Notes: a model not told the origin generated them from the letters alone. Shown: positions 12,499 through 28,325, counted from the stretch's first letter. The stretch is DNA of 63,795 nt from Octopus bimaculoides (GCF_001194135.2 NC_068987.1:34843703-34907497); one strand, 5' to 3'. Translations and numbers: made by a program.

Positions 12499-14469
12499 AC
12501 ATAAATTATAAGTTGCATGCTTGCACCACTTTCGTCTGGGAAGTATCATTTGTTTCTGCCTCTTTTATGCACATAATAGAGGCAGTACGGATAAAGTAGT
12601 GCTTGACAGGTGACATGGACGTTAGTTTAAGCATCTTATATATACAAACGAGTTCATAAGGTGCACAATACAACCTGTGCAGATCGCACCATATATGGCG
12701 TGATACATTTTACCACCTACTACTCTTTTGAATATTTACTATTCAGAGCTTCGCTTACCAAATATTGAATATTTCTTTTCTGAAACACTGTGATTTAAGT
12801 AGATCTCATTTACTTGCATCTATACACATCATAATGTGATATGGCTATACTTTGTTCATTACCGTTAGAATATATTGGAGTACTCAATTTATACATTAAA
12901 GTTTTAGATTCGGCGGTCAAAGACAAACATTTTTATATCTCTTTATTTATGTGATAAGAATGACTAATTTATATTCAGTTGTATATAAAATTGATATAAA
13001 ATATAAGCAATAATTTAATTTTGAATAAATGTTATCTTGTCTCGCATTTTTAGCTCAATAAATGACACCAACAACGAGAAAAAATGTGAAAGCCTAAGAA
13101 AATGTGCTTTGATCTTTAAAAATATATGCTGAGGTTGACATTTTTATTCGTTAAAAGCTGATAGCAGCACTAAGTGATTGAAATTTCATTTCCTCCGAAA
13201 AGCAAAACAATAATTTAACGGCACATAAAGATACACCCACTAGCATTCCTTCTTTCACCATTCTTTCTTTCATGATAACATTTTCCTTTTTCATTTCTTT
13301 TTAATTTTACATATTTATTTATTTTTTGTAATGACAAAAACATATTTCCATTTACTTATACATTTTATCTATTCTCTGGAATTTCCCCATTGGAAAATCC
13401 AGTCATTTCTTTATAATTCTATTTTTTGCTACGTTTTGTTTTGTAGTTGTATCTTTGTTACATTTTTATGCCATTCAGAATGATTTAAAGAAATAAAGAA
13501 TAAATCTAGAAAATAATTATTACCATAACCTTTAGAGGAATTCATTGTTTCGTTTTGGTTTTTAATACTAAATTGAAAGGAAACGTGCTGAAAGGTATTC
13601 TTTCTACGATCGACGTTAACAGTCGATATTATTTGAGATGGTCTTATATTACATTGATAACATTCTAAAACTTGAATCAAGTGGCATCAACTACATAAAT
13701 CCTTTTTATTAAAGCTTAAAAAATTCTTTAACATTCTTACGTAAACGTGAATCTCATTATAAATTTAACGATTTTTTAAAAAAATCATTTCATGCCACTT
13801 AGTTTCTGTTAATCTGTTTAACTTCATTGTATTCATGTCAGTAATATATGAGCTTCTATAACGTATCTACACTAACTGAAATCCGAAGGAAAGCTAGATC
13901 TCGAAAGAGACTAAATTGAAATTATTGTGCCCCTGTATTCAACAAAGTATTGATATCTAATGATAGTTTTTCTGTTTGTATCGCTGGATAGTGTACTCTA
14001 TTCTAAAATTTCGAAATGTGCTTGGGCTTCATTTTTTTTGTTCTATAAGACAACACATTTAAGATGCATTTACTTCACAACACCAAAAGTGTATTTCTTA
14101 ACATGATCTTAACACTTCAAGGTATTACTTTACAATACATAACTTTCAAACCTACTATTGTTAGGGATAATGAGTGTCAGCTTCTAACACGCCATCTTTG
14201 TTTATTTACTGCAGCCATCAAAGATGGGCTTTCAAATAGCCATGAAAATAAAACTTATAAATTCTTTTGGCGATTTTAGAAAATACGAACTGTGAAAGGC
14301 ATGATAACTGGAAGTGCCTGAAAAAATCGTGCAACGTAGATACTTCACACAATACATATTCTATTCAATTCGACTCGGCTGCTTTGGTCCCGTAACAAAC
14401 GTTCTAAAATAATTAGGGAGTGTGATGTCAAAAAAATAATTTCTACTAAAACCTTAGTTATAAACTACG

Positions 14470-14619
14470 TATTTGTGTGGTATCAAGCTCGCTTCCTAAC
14501 CACATGGTTCCGAATTCAGTTCCACTGCGTGGCATCTTAGGCAATTGCCTTCTACTATAACCTTGGGCCAACCAAAGCCTTGTGAATGGATTTGGGAGGC
14601 AGACACTAAAAGCAGACCG

Positions 14620-14620
<1 letters not shown>
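14470..14620 (+). mobile_element. tRNA-derived SINE family A, 5' part
   Basis: Homologous to the copies at 19808 and 36839 (ccacatggttccg..ccactgcgtggca..ccaaagccttgtgaatggattt); runs into (CA)n(TA)n and a gap. Confidence 0.8.
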
Positions 14621-14694
<74 letters not shown>

Positions 14695-15574
14695 NNNNNN
14701 NNNNNNNNNNNNNNNNNNNNNNNNNNNNNNNNNNNNNNNNNNNNNNNNNNNNNNNNNNNNNNNNNNNNNNNNNNNNNNNNNNNNNNNNNNNNNNNNNNNN
14801 NNNNNNNNNNNNNNNNNNNNNNNNNNNNNNNNNNNNNNNNNNNNNNNNNNNNNNNNNNNNNNNNNNNNNNNNNNNNNNNNNNNNNNNNNNNNNNNNNNNN
14901 NNNNNNNNNNNNNNNNNNNNNNNNNNNNNNNNNNNNNNNNNNNNNNNNNNNNNNNNNNNNNNNNNNNNNNNNNNNNNNNNNNNNNNNNNNNNNNNNNNNN
15001 NNNNNNNNNNNNNNNNNNNNNNNNNNNNNNNNNNNNNNNNNNNNNNNNNNNNNNNNNNNNNNNNNNNNNNNNNNNNNNNNNNNNNNNNNNNNNNNNNNNN
15101 NNNNNNNNNNNNNNNNNNNNNNNNNNNNNNNNNNNNNNNNNNNNNNNNNNNNNNNNNNNNNNNNNNNNNNNNNNNNNNNNNNNNNNNNNNNNNNNNNNNN
15201 NNNNNNNNNNNNNNNNNNNNNNNNNNNNNNNNNNNNNNNNNNNNNNNNNNNNNNNNNNNNNNNNNNNNNNNNNNNNNNNNNNNNNNNNNNNNNNNNNNNN
15301 NNNNNNNNNNNNNNNNNNNNNNNNNNNNNNNNNNNNNNNNNNNNNNNNNNNNNNNNNNNNNNNNNNNNNNNNNNNNNNNNNNNNNNNNNNNNNNNNNNNN
15401 NNNNNNNNNNNNNNNNNNNNNNNNNNNNNNNNNNNNNNNNNNNNNNNNNNNNNNNNNNNNNNNNNNNNNNNNNNNNNNNNNNNNNNNNNNNNNNNNNNNN
15501 NNNNNNNNNNNNNNNNNNNNNNNNNNNNNNNNNNNNNNNNNNNNNNNNNNNNNNNNNNNNNNNNNNNNATATAT

Positions 15575-15950
15575 ATTGGGTAGCGGGTAGTGATTTTCTT
15601 CACTACTTCAGGGAGTGACGATCCTGCTTGACACGAGTCCCAGGCTCAGCTGGCTCCGGCTAACAGTACCCGGGATGGGACCCTATCCAGGCTTATGGAA
15701 AGGAGACAACCTTCAAGGAAATCCAGAGTGGAGCCCTGAAGCCGGTTTAGTGTTCGACTCGACTCTCTTCCGACAGCTCCTTCAACAAAGCTGGTGCCAA
15801 ACGTAATTCTCTGCACTCCTTTGAACTACATCAGCAAGGTCAAGAGAGGAATCCTGACGATCGGGCTACCCAGGATTTTCTTATATTTAGTCCAGGCCCG
15901 CGCAAAAGCGAGGGCTACACAGCCACAGCAGGAGATGTATTAGGACATGG
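15575..15950 (-). mobile_element. GC-rich repeat fragment resembling the 5' UTR region of an RTE-type LINE
   Basis: GC-rich island in AT-rich DNA. Minus-strand motifs (caggattcctctcttgacc, tttggcaccagc, gggctccactctggattt) resemble RTE 5' regions from memory; not verified by search. Confidence 0.4.
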
Positions 15951-17816
15951 AATGTAAAACCGAACTAGGTTATTTTATGCGCAACTCCATTGTGCCCTGA
16001 GACAAAAAGTATGCCAACAGTATGTATATACATGTGTTTGTGAGTGTGCGTGTGTGAATTTTGTTTAAAGTTTATATGAAACTGATATAGAATAACATAT
16101 CAGTTGAATAAATTTAGAACATAGTCCGATTTTCACGTTTCTGAAAGTAAATTTGTACCTTAAGCAGTTTTGAGATAAATTAAGTAGGAACCATACGTTT
16201 GTGTATTAATGTGCGTGTCTGATCACAAATGGGTGCCACTCTAAAATAGTAGCGCTTTCGTACATAGTGTACTCATTAAATTTCAAATGTGTTCAACTGA
16301 CAGTTGAGTTCGTGACAACTTTAGAACCTATTAGAATGCTTCAACTAGCTGATTTTATATATCTTATTGACGAATCTGCATGCTCTTAAACAGACATACC
16401 GATATTCTGTATGTCGTTTATATTTATTAATCTACATCATTAACTGCTTGTTATATTATTGTTGTTATTTCCGTTCAGAACTGGTTTGAACATTTTAATA
16501 AACCGTTTTTCTTTTATCTTTCCTCCAATCTCGCTTGTGTCATGTAGTTTGTGGAAAGGAAATATTAGAAACATATTCTGACATGTTTGTATATGTTCAC
16601 TCAAGGAAATTTGACGAACGTTTGTGTTCAGATGTGTTGTCTTCGCACTTGTGAGCGTTCCGATAATGCATTCCCTGTTTCGCCTATATATAACTCCTCA
16701 CAATTCGGGCATTTAATACAGTCGATCGAATTTCTGCTTTTGCAGTTCATATATGCATTTGCGAAAATCTGTCCATTTTTTTCTTTCAAATGGATCTACC
16801 CGTATGCATGTATTGACAAGTTCCACATTTGTTATCATTACACTTGGATACTGTGAATGTGTTATCCTGTTTGTTTATGTTGAATTTTGTCTTCCCTTTT
16901 TATCTGTCAGTTCTGTTTAACATATTTGAAATCTAATGAGTACTCTATGTATGAAAGCGATAATTTTATTAAAATAACATAATACAATAAGTGGAAAAAC
17001 CAGATATGTTTTAACTTTATTCAACTGATATATANNNNNNNNNNNNNNNNNNNNNNNNNNNNNNNNNNNNNNNNNNNNNNNNNNNNNNNNNNNNNNNNNN
17101 NNNNNNNNNNNNNNNNNNNNNNNNNNNNNNNNNNNNNNNNNNNNNNNNNNNNNNNNNNNNNNNNNNNNNNNNNNNNNNNNNNNNNNNNNNNNNNNNNNNN
17201 NNNNNNNNNNNNNNNNNNNNNNNNNNNNNNNNNNNNNNNNNNNNNNNNNNNNNNNNNNNNNNNNNNNNNNNNNNNNNNNNNNNNNNNNNNNNNNNNNNNN
17301 NNNNNNNNNNNNNNNNNNNNNNNNNNNNNNNNNNNNNNNNNNNNNNNNNNNNNNNNNNNNNNNNNNNNNNNNNNNNNNNNNNNNNNNNNNNNNNNNNNNN
17401 NNNNNNNNNNNNNNNNNNNNNNNNNNNNNNNNNNNNNNNNNNNNNNNNNNNNNNNNNNNNNNNNNNNNNNNNNNNNNNNNNNNNNNNNNNNNNNNNNNNN
17501 NNNNNNNNNNNNNNNNNNNNNNNNNNNNNNNNNNNNNNNNNNNNNNNNNNNNNNNNNNNNNNNNGGGTGAGTGAAAGTTGGCCTTTCGCAAGTTATAGCC
17601 GAAAAGCACCAGCATTGTTAGAAGTAAAAGAAGAAAAATCTTAACCACACGAAAGCATTTTTCTAAACGGCTGACATGCGAGACACTCCCCCTCTCTCGA
17701 TTTATAAAACAAATATCATAAGGTCATATAATTGTATCGAAAACATTAAATTATTGTTTGCTCTCTTTCCCTCTTTTCTCTTTCTGTTTATATATATGTG
17801 TGTGTGTGTGTGTATG

Positions 17817-17849
<33 letters not shown>

Positions 17850-19807
17850 ATGCTTCCTGTACCAACATTTTTAATTGAATAATTATGATAGACTATGACG
17901 GACTTATATGCCATTCTCATATGTTTTGTGAGTGACACCAACGGGAGACGAATTTACATACACTGTATTTACTATATTAAATTGCCCTTAGTTTCTTATG
18001 GAAAGTTGTTTTGCAATTTTAATTTCCTATGTAACTATAAGATTAACATTACATTTATATCATTTACAAGACCAGATTCATTACGAAATTTATTATACTT
18101 TAATTTCAAAGCGAATTAATATTTACTTTAATGAATTTCGGATATGCGTATCATAGCAAATATAAATTTATTTCTTTAACATAGATTAAGTTTATTTGAA
18201 CGGTAAATGATATTTATATCAATTTGAGAACATGATTTTAGAAAGCTGTCAATGTCAATTTTTGCAGTTTAAACTTTTATTTGGGTGCTTGCAGAAATAG
18301 AATAACTATATAGACTAATGGTTGAACGATTTATTGATGTTCTGGCCAAATGTCAGTATTATTAATTGATTTTGGACGAGTCCATATTCACAGCAATTTC
18401 ATAATTGAAATGGCAATCTTTGACTGTTCCACTTATTTTGTAGATGATTTACAATATAACTTAAAAGCAAAAGAATTTTTCCTTTTTGCAGTTTCGCTGT
18501 GCTGCAACACTTTATGTGTGCAAGTGTGTGTGTGTGTTGTGTGTGCGGTGTGTGTGTATGTTTGTGTGTGTGTGTGTGTGTATGTGTGTGTGTGTGCGCG
18601 TGTGTGTTTGTGTGTTTGCGGTGTGTGAGTGTGGGCGCGCGTTTGTTTGTATGCGTGTGTGTGGGTGTGTTTGTGACGGTTGGTGTGTCTAAAGAATTTA
18701 GATCTGCACTCGAAAATAAAAATCGATCGTAGAGGTATTTGTATGTATGCAAGCTCAGAATATATGGACAGGCGGTTGAATAGGGTGTGTTATATTATAA
18801 CTGAAGTGTTTAAACTATAACTATTAGGTTTTAGCTATATTATAGCAAATACTCTAAATTATTTTAAACTTACACTTAACCTATGAATTTAAATGTATCA
18901 TTTTATTGTTTCTCAAATACATCATAGAACACAGTGTCAAAGAATGTAATACTGACGGAAGAAAACTGATTTTGCTGAGTAGTGAAATTCTTAAAATTCT
19001 CTATTTTTTAGACCATAAAACGGGTTGTAATTCTTGCCACATTCAAACATTCAATTTAGCGGATTCATAGTAAATTTGATACTGGTTGTTTACATGCAAA
19101 CTAATCAACACAAATTAGTTTACGCGAAGAATAATACGCAAGATGATTGTGAAGATTTTTTGTTCCCAGCCTTAAAATGTCCACGAGAAAATATTCAGAA
19201 GAAATGTAGAAAAATTAATGTTTGTGAAACGCACAATTCGAATTATGAAGTTTATGAGACTAAACATTTATCATCTATTTTCAATTCATGACCTATTGGA
19301 GGCAATCAATTGCTGATGTATAAGAATTATTTGTATAAGAATATGCACTTAACATTATAGCAGCAACTAAACCAGTCTGATGTCATTGTCCGGGTGATAT
19401 TTAAAGTATGGGCCTTTAATATCAACTATTTTTCTAGAATAGTCACACGGGGAAATTATCTAGAAATACTAATGATTCGGGTTGTACAATTGTTAAAAAA
19501 CCGTTACTTCCATGAACTCTCTCTCCTCTAAAATACCCATCCTATACTGTTCAACAGTTGGCAGGAAGTATCTTGATGAAGCATTTTACGATTTAGTCCT
19601 TTTGATTAGGACTTATGTAAAACTGATTTTACGCAGTAGATTATTTTTCTGAAGGGAAGTATTGGAGTACTAACTTTAAAAGAGGAATCGTTGATCATGT
19701 GTAATTTCAAGAATTACGCCGTGGATATATTTTAAAAAACTCGATGCACAAAATGTTAATGCAAAAATGTATGCCGCAGGATTAGGAGATATTTAGAAAA
19801 TAGGCAT

Positions 19808-19920
19808 AGCAGTGACTGTGTGGTATGTAGCTTGCTTACCAACTGCATGGATCCGGGTTCAGTGCCACTGCGTGGCACCTTCCGCAAGTGTCTTGGGCCG
19901 ATCAAAGCCTTGTGAGTGGA

Positions 19921-19973
<53 letters not shown>

Positions 19974-20195
19974 NNNNNNNNNNGTTTGTGTGTATGTGTT
20001 TGTCACCCCAACATCGCTTGACAACCGATGCTGGTGTGTTTACGTCCCCGTAACACAGCGGTTCGGCAAGACAGTGCGATAAAATAAGTACTAGGCTTAC
20101 AAAGAATAAGTCCTGGAGTTGATTTGCTCGACTAAAGGCAGTACCCCAACATGGCCACAGTCAAATGACTGAAACAATTAAAAGATTAAAAGAGT
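19808..20195 (+). mobile_element. tRNA-derived SINE family A, near full length, with internal (TG)n
   Basis: tRNA-like head with box B-like gggttcagtgcc, a CORE-like gcacct..gcaagtgtc segment, an internal microsatellite and a 3' tail gactgaaacaattaaaagattaaaaga. Homologous copies occur elsewhere in the window. Confidence 0.88.
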
Positions 20196-22017
20196 AACTG
20201 AAATTTCAGCACAAGCTTTGATAATATCTCCAGTTATTTAAATATAAACTTTGACAAAGAGTTCCGTGTTTTTCTATTGCATTGATATAATGCATGGCNN
20301 NNNNNNNNNNNNNNNNNNNNNNNNNNNNNNNNNNNNNNNNNNNNNNNNNNNNNNNNNNNNNNNNNNNNNNNNNNNNNNNNNNNNNNNNNNNNNNNNNNNN
20401 NNNNNNNNNNNNNNNNNNNNNNNNNNNNNNNNNNNNNNNNNNNNNNNNNNNNNNNNNNNNNNNNNNNNNNNNNNNNNNNNNNNNNNNNNNNNNNNNNNNN
20501 NNNNNNNNNNNNNNNNNNNNNNNNNNNNNNNNNNNNNNNNNNNNNNNNNNNNNATATAGGCACACCCACAGGTACACAGACACGGTTGCATCACACACGA
20601 GAAGCACATATATTTATATACAAAGAAATAAGGAAGAGAGACAAATGTGTCTGGTTTTATGTGAGTCCATGTGAGCGATGTGCTACTACTTTTTGGAAGT
20701 ATATATTGAATAAGTTAAATGATGTTAAATGATACCAAGCAATTTCGTTTAAAATTAAAATGTAATAGTCGCATTAGTGTGTTAATGCTATTTTTTTCTT
20801 TATTTCACAATGTAACTCACATGATATAAAAGTAAACACGAAATACATGCACCATAATTTTACTGAACAAAAAAAAAATTATATTTCTTATAGCATTTCT
20901 AACGATATTTACACGCGTCAGCGACAATCTACTATATTTAATATTTATGTCTAGCATTTTCGAACTAAATTGCATAACCATATTTTGGTTATAAGAAAAG
21001 AAATCATAGTAGTACAACATATAAGACGTCTTTGACGTTAAATTTGAAAAATTCATCTTAATATTTTTTTCACACATATTCCCCGTGAATCTGAGTTGGC
21101 TTCGTGGGAGAAGTTCACATCAACTTATTTAGGGATAAAATAAACAGATCATGCTGATGACAATGTGTAAACATGCGATAGGTGATATATTGATTGGAAG
21201 ACACACGGTTCTTTTTCTATTGACTAGAAGCGTACTACAGCGTTAATAGTAATTTTACAGAGGTAGCACACAGTGTATGTGAAAAACAGGCGTATTAGTT
21301 TCATATAGAAGTTTGAGACAACCGTAAATTTCCTTATAGTGAATGGCAGTGTGTTTGTTTTACTAATGTTTTAGTTCGCCTACTTACATCAAGATCTAAA
21401 GCTGCTACATGAAATATCCGACTGTTGACGTTATTGTTGTGAAAACAAATAAGAAATGGTAATTTTCAAAAGAATTTTGTGACGTACGCAAAAAGCAAAG
21501 AAACTGAAAGGAAATTATTAAAGTTTAAACATATTATAAGAGTAGATTTTCCCACGAATGTGTATTCTGAGAATGTGGAGGCCATCGAGGTTGACAAGGA
21601 CACCTACAACAGACTAACATACATATGTGGAGAAGGGACTGACCGGCCAGCAGTGATGGTAAAGTTCGATGAATTGCCACCTGTAGTGGAGCTAACAGAT
21701 TTGGAACCTTTCATGAGATATTAAAAAGGAAAAGAGTAAGTAAATTTGTTTTATTGAAGAAAGAAAGAAAAAAGTAAAATTGTTTCATTTTGAAAAACAG
21801 GAAAAAATGAGATTAAGAAAAAACAATAAGATAACAGAACGATTGTAATTAGTTTATAAAAACGTTCAAATGATACTGCATGGGAGTGGGGAGCATTTTT
21901 TTTTTTTTATATAACATCTCTTTTTCATTCGTCCCCACTGTGGTGTTGTGCCTCTCTTTGTAGCGTCTCCTTTGTGTTGTGGCCGTAGTGCCAAAATAAA
22001 TATTAGCGGAGTGCTCT

Positions 22018-22025
22018 TGTTGTTG

Positions 22026-22057
<32 letters not shown>

Positions 22058-22074
22058 GATATTATTATTTGTGT

Positions 22075-22126
<52 letters not shown>

Positions 22127-22148
22127 CAGCAGTAGTAGTAGCAGCAGC

Positions 22149-22194
<46 letters not shown>

Positions 22195-22195
22195 T
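22018..22195. repeat. Compound (TTG/TTA)n and (TAG/CAG)n microsatellite
   Basis: Directly visible. Confidence 0.95.
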
Positions 22196-22645
22196 CCTCC
22201 TCTTTCAATTTAGTTTCCATCTCCTGCCGAGTGTCTTTCCGACATATGGGACAAAAACTCACTGTGTACATTAGCAAGCCATTAAAACAAACACACCAGA
22301 CTGTTCATTTACAAATTCATATGGTAGAAAAAAAAGTAGAAACAGAATGGAAGAAAAAGGAAAGGAGAAGGTATAGCAAAAAAAATATTAAAATAAAGAA
22401 GACTAAAAATATAGTAGGGAAAAGGAAAGAAATCACAGCGGCAATGCACGTTTCGATACGTGTGACGTACCAGTTAAAACAATTGTTTGTAATTCTTGCA
22501 AAGATGGTAAGTCAGGGATTATTCTCAAATAATTTCCAGTTGCTTCTTTGATCATTCCAAGTGCTCCTACACTCATTGGTATTGTAACCGTTTTGGGATG
22601 CCATATGTTTTCGATTTCGATCAGTAAATATTTTCTCACCTTATC
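22196..22645 (-). mobile_element. 5'-truncated R4-like element: C-terminus plus 3' UTR (copy D)
   Basis: KYLLIEIENIWHPKTVTIPMSVGALGMIKEATGNYLRIIPDLPSLQELQTIVLTGTSHV. The 3' UTR tip (22200-22300) is homologous to 22780-22870. Microsatellites lie on both sides. Confidence 0.85.
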
Positions 22646-22657
22646 TTATTATTATTA

Positions 22658-22719
<62 letters not shown>

Positions 22720-22734
22720 GGTGTTGTTGTTGTT

Positions 22735-22767
<33 letters not shown>

Positions 22768-22775
22768 GTCATCGT
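22646..22775. repeat. (TTA)n/(CAT)n microsatellite between copies D and E
   Basis: Directly visible. Confidence 0.95.
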
Positions 22776-22779
22776 CATA

Positions 22780-24395
<1,616 letters not shown>

Positions 24396-24407
24396 ACAAC
24401 ACAAGCT

Positions 24408-24560
24408 ATCGGAAACGTTAGCACGCCTAGACAAAATGCTAAGCCACATTTTATCAGTCTTCTTATTCTGAGTTTAAATTCCGCCGAGATCCAAGTTACC
24501 TTTCGTCTTTTCTGAGTGGATGAAATATGTACCAATTGTGAGCGGGATTCAGTGGTAGAA
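24408..24560 (+). mobile_element. tRNA-derived SINE family B (degenerate)
   Basis: gttagcacgcc..aaaatgctaagc..ttctgagtttaaattccgccgag..cctttc; homologous to 30372-30538 and 39292-39455. Confidence 0.7.
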
Positions 24561-25746
24561 GCAGATATATTCTTATGTATGAGGAAAATCTGAAAGAACC
24601 GCTAAAATGCCTACGGCTTTATTTAATATATTGAGAAAAGTATTGCCTAGATTGATATGAGTGACGTAAAATGCGTCATAACGCATCTAAGCAATTTGAG
24701 TTGAAGAAACAGAACAATAAGAGAATATATACTGCAATCAACAGACACATTTGTCCGATCCCAGACTAAATCAAAATCATTGTTTTTCCAATTATGACTT
24801 CATAACAAAATCCAGACCTGGACTCAAATTACTCTCACGCATCCAGCGCAAATATATACCGATTTTGTATATATAATCATGTTTTTTTTTCTTTGTTCTT
24901 TTCTTGAATCACTCATGCGTCGAAACTGACGGGATCTACCACAAGATTTCAGCAACTAATTTAAAATTTTATCCTGATATCAGTATTAAAGTTTTCGTCG
25001 TCACGTGGATATTAAGTTATAATGATCCAGTGTATGCTATGGGAGAAAAAAAATTATCAATGCATGTACTAACGCATTTATCGGTATGTGTATATAGGAT
25101 AAAATTAATTGCATCTTCTCGGAAAACTAAACCACAAATGCAATAAGATGGCTAATAAATACTGCTTCGATTGAAGCTTATTTCTTTCTCGAGATACCAT
25201 TTTCTTTTCTTTCGCAGATAAGATTTTATTAATGCGAAAGCACATTCCAGCACTCAAATGTGCAGCGTTCGGCACCGTTGAAATGGAAATGAAGCAGATT
25301 TGTTATAACATGACCATTGCATTCTTATGCTAACTGAGGCTCAATTGATAATTTTAGGTAAATAAAGCAGCTTATGTTATGTTGCACATCTAACAGCCGT
25401 TGCGCCTCGCATTCGAAAAAGCTTGGATGCCACAGAGCTTTTGTAAACTTTGGCAAAAGATGCTCACAGACTTGTGCGGATTAGGACTATTAGAGAGCTA
25501 ATAAGAGTGAAAGCGTTAAGGTGTAGTATAATATTATTCTCTATTACGGTGTGCAATAAATTACAGATTTTTGTAATAATACGAAGCAAAATAAACCAGC
25601 TCCACTCACTCACGTAATAAGTGTTGATCATTTTGATGCCAATGTATTTTCAAAAATTAAGAAATACCGGAAAAACTGAGTAATTTGGCTCATATATATG
25701 TACGTGTGCGTGTTTGCGCGTGTGTGCGTATGCATATGAGTATATG

Positions 25747-25799
<53 letters not shown>

Positions 25800-25874
25800 N
25801 NNNNNNNNNNNNNNNNNNNNNNNNNNNNNNNNNNNNNNNNNNNNNNNNNNNNNNNNNNNNNNNNNNNNNNNNNN

Positions 25875-25948
<74 letters not shown>

Positions 25949-27574
25949 GTTTATGCGCGTGTGTGTGTGTGTTTATGCGCGTGTGTGTCTATGTATCAAA
26001 ATTGTCTTCCTATTTCTAGTTTTATTGACTTCATCATACAGCTAACACGTTTTAACTTTTGTTAGAATCATATAATAACTTCGTTCTTATTTTCAGAATT
26101 ATGATATCTAAAACTTTAGATTTATTGTGTGCTTCATCTATACTGCGATGTTTAACTTAAATACATATATCCATTATTATCATAATGATGTATAACGTCA
26201 GTTCAACGCTAAGATTAGCGCCCCAACGACGAGTAATATTTTACACGTGACCAATAGTTGTGCACTCAATAGTTGTGTTCTCTAGCTTGGGATCATGAAT
26301 ATAACATGCTACGTGACAACAGGTGCCTTTAGGGATATTGAGCTATTGTTTAAATAAAGGACACCGAAATAGAAGTTTTCCTGGATTTTGCGAATGCTCC
26401 TCCAATAATTACTGGCTGTCAGGTGATAGCAGAATAGAACACAAAATTTTACACGTATTAGATGTACAACGAACAGTATGTATGCGATGGAGGTTCAGTC
26501 CATGAAAATAGTTCAAATGAGTACTGAACTCTTATTGCAGAATGTCGTAGAAAACTGCTATGTATACAATACACGGTCGCAGATATACTCTTTCTGTAAG
26601 CAATTATTCTTCTCAAAATTACAGTGTACAAATATATGTTAAAGCTATTAACGAATAGAATATTTGTTTCAATATGGCTGCTTGAATCACTGAGGCAATA
26701 TTATTCCAAGTTAAACAGGTAGGATGATATGGAAGAATATCGAGTGAAAAATATTTTATAACGTGTAAAATAAGAAATAAAAACGAATTTAAGAACAAAA
26801 AACCTGCACATTTGGAATTGTTTCCTAGAAAAAAGTCCTAGAGATTTTTTTTTTTCAATTTTATTTGTTGATAACGAAAGTCATTCATAACCAACTCGGA
26901 TACCTATACCATTTGCAATAACAAAGAAATTTAAATTTCCAGGCTATTAAACTCGTATTTTACGACTCTTTATTCGCGCTAGGCTTCAAGCAGATTGTTG
27001 GCTGATTGAAATCATGCAGCACATATGGGTCTGTCTGGTTCGTATAATTCTGGGGGCGAATGTATGCATGTATATTTGTTTATGCATAAATATATAAATA
27101 TATGCGTGCGCGCGTGTGTATATATGCATATACATGCGTGTGAGTGGGTGTCTTTGTTAGTGTCCTGGTGTATATATATAGACATTTATGAGAGTGTGTG
27201 TGTGAATGTATCTTTTTCTATATGTTTCAATATATCATATGTGTTTGTATTTGCATATTTGGGACTAAGATAAAATATGCAATAAAATCGACAGCTGGCT
27301 GATTTTCTGTTCGTTTGTTTTATTGTTCTCATGTATTTCAAATATTGAATATTTCAGACACTACTTTTTCCATGCTTAGTATTGATATTTGCAATACGAA
27401 TAAAGATGATGATGATGATGATGCGGAGGAAAAGGATTATAATGAGGATGATGCTGATGATGATGTTAGCTATCATTATTATCATTATTATTATTAATAT
27501 TATGTTATCACTACTACTACTACTATCATAAATTAAATTGTTATTATTATTATTGTTGTTGTTGTTGTTGCTTT

Positions 27575-28000
27575 ATAATTTCAATCTGCATGTTTGTTGT
27601 AATCACTAGCCAAGACAAAACCAGTGCCCTAGAATACGTGAAGGATAAAAGTTGTTACAGTAAGACCGAAAGCTTGGAGAGTGGAATTTTCTGGGACAGA
27701 TGCGAAATATGTTCATGGTTTTTCCAACGATGTGGTCAGTATTGAACAGCGCAATCTTTTGGATTCCTGTGATGCTATCTAGATATTTCTGCCAACCCTT
27801 TTTTATCATACTTGCGTCACCTACAATAACAGGAACAGTTCTTGCTTTAAGCATCCACCTCCTTTGCATTTCAATTTCCATGTCCTTGTATTTACTTAAT
27901 TTGTGAAATTCCTTAACAGATATATTTTTATCAATGGGAAAACTTACATCCATTAGGATACAGGTATTTTATTCTTTGTCTTTAATAAAGATGCCTGATC
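27575..28000 (-). mobile_element. 5'-truncated R4-like element: RLE C-terminus plus 3' UTR (copy F), flanked by (AAT)n on both sides
   Basis: NRSGIFIKDKE*NTCILMDVSFPIDKNISVKEFHKLSKYKDMEIEMQRRWMLKARTVPVIVG; (TTA)n at 28001-28131 and (TTA/TTG)n at ~27480-27570. Confidence 0.88.
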
Positions 28001-28133
<133 letters not shown>

Positions 28134-28325
28134 GAAAGGATTGAGGTAACTCCTCCTGAAGATATAGAGTCAAAATTAATAGAGTGCCATTGTTATCTAG
28201 TGAACGATATTTCGACATCTCGTGTGTCTTCAACTGTTTCAAAAAATAAATTTGTCAAGTTACCTTGACACATTTCCTGTGTCCTTATGTTTACAAGGAG
28301 GAGACAAGAACCTCTACTTAGTTAA

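Noticed and set aside
19808-19880. tRNA-like heads (also at 36839 and 57896) as tRNA genes
   Set aside because: They continue into SINE bodies repeated across the window, and no complete cloverleaf is present.
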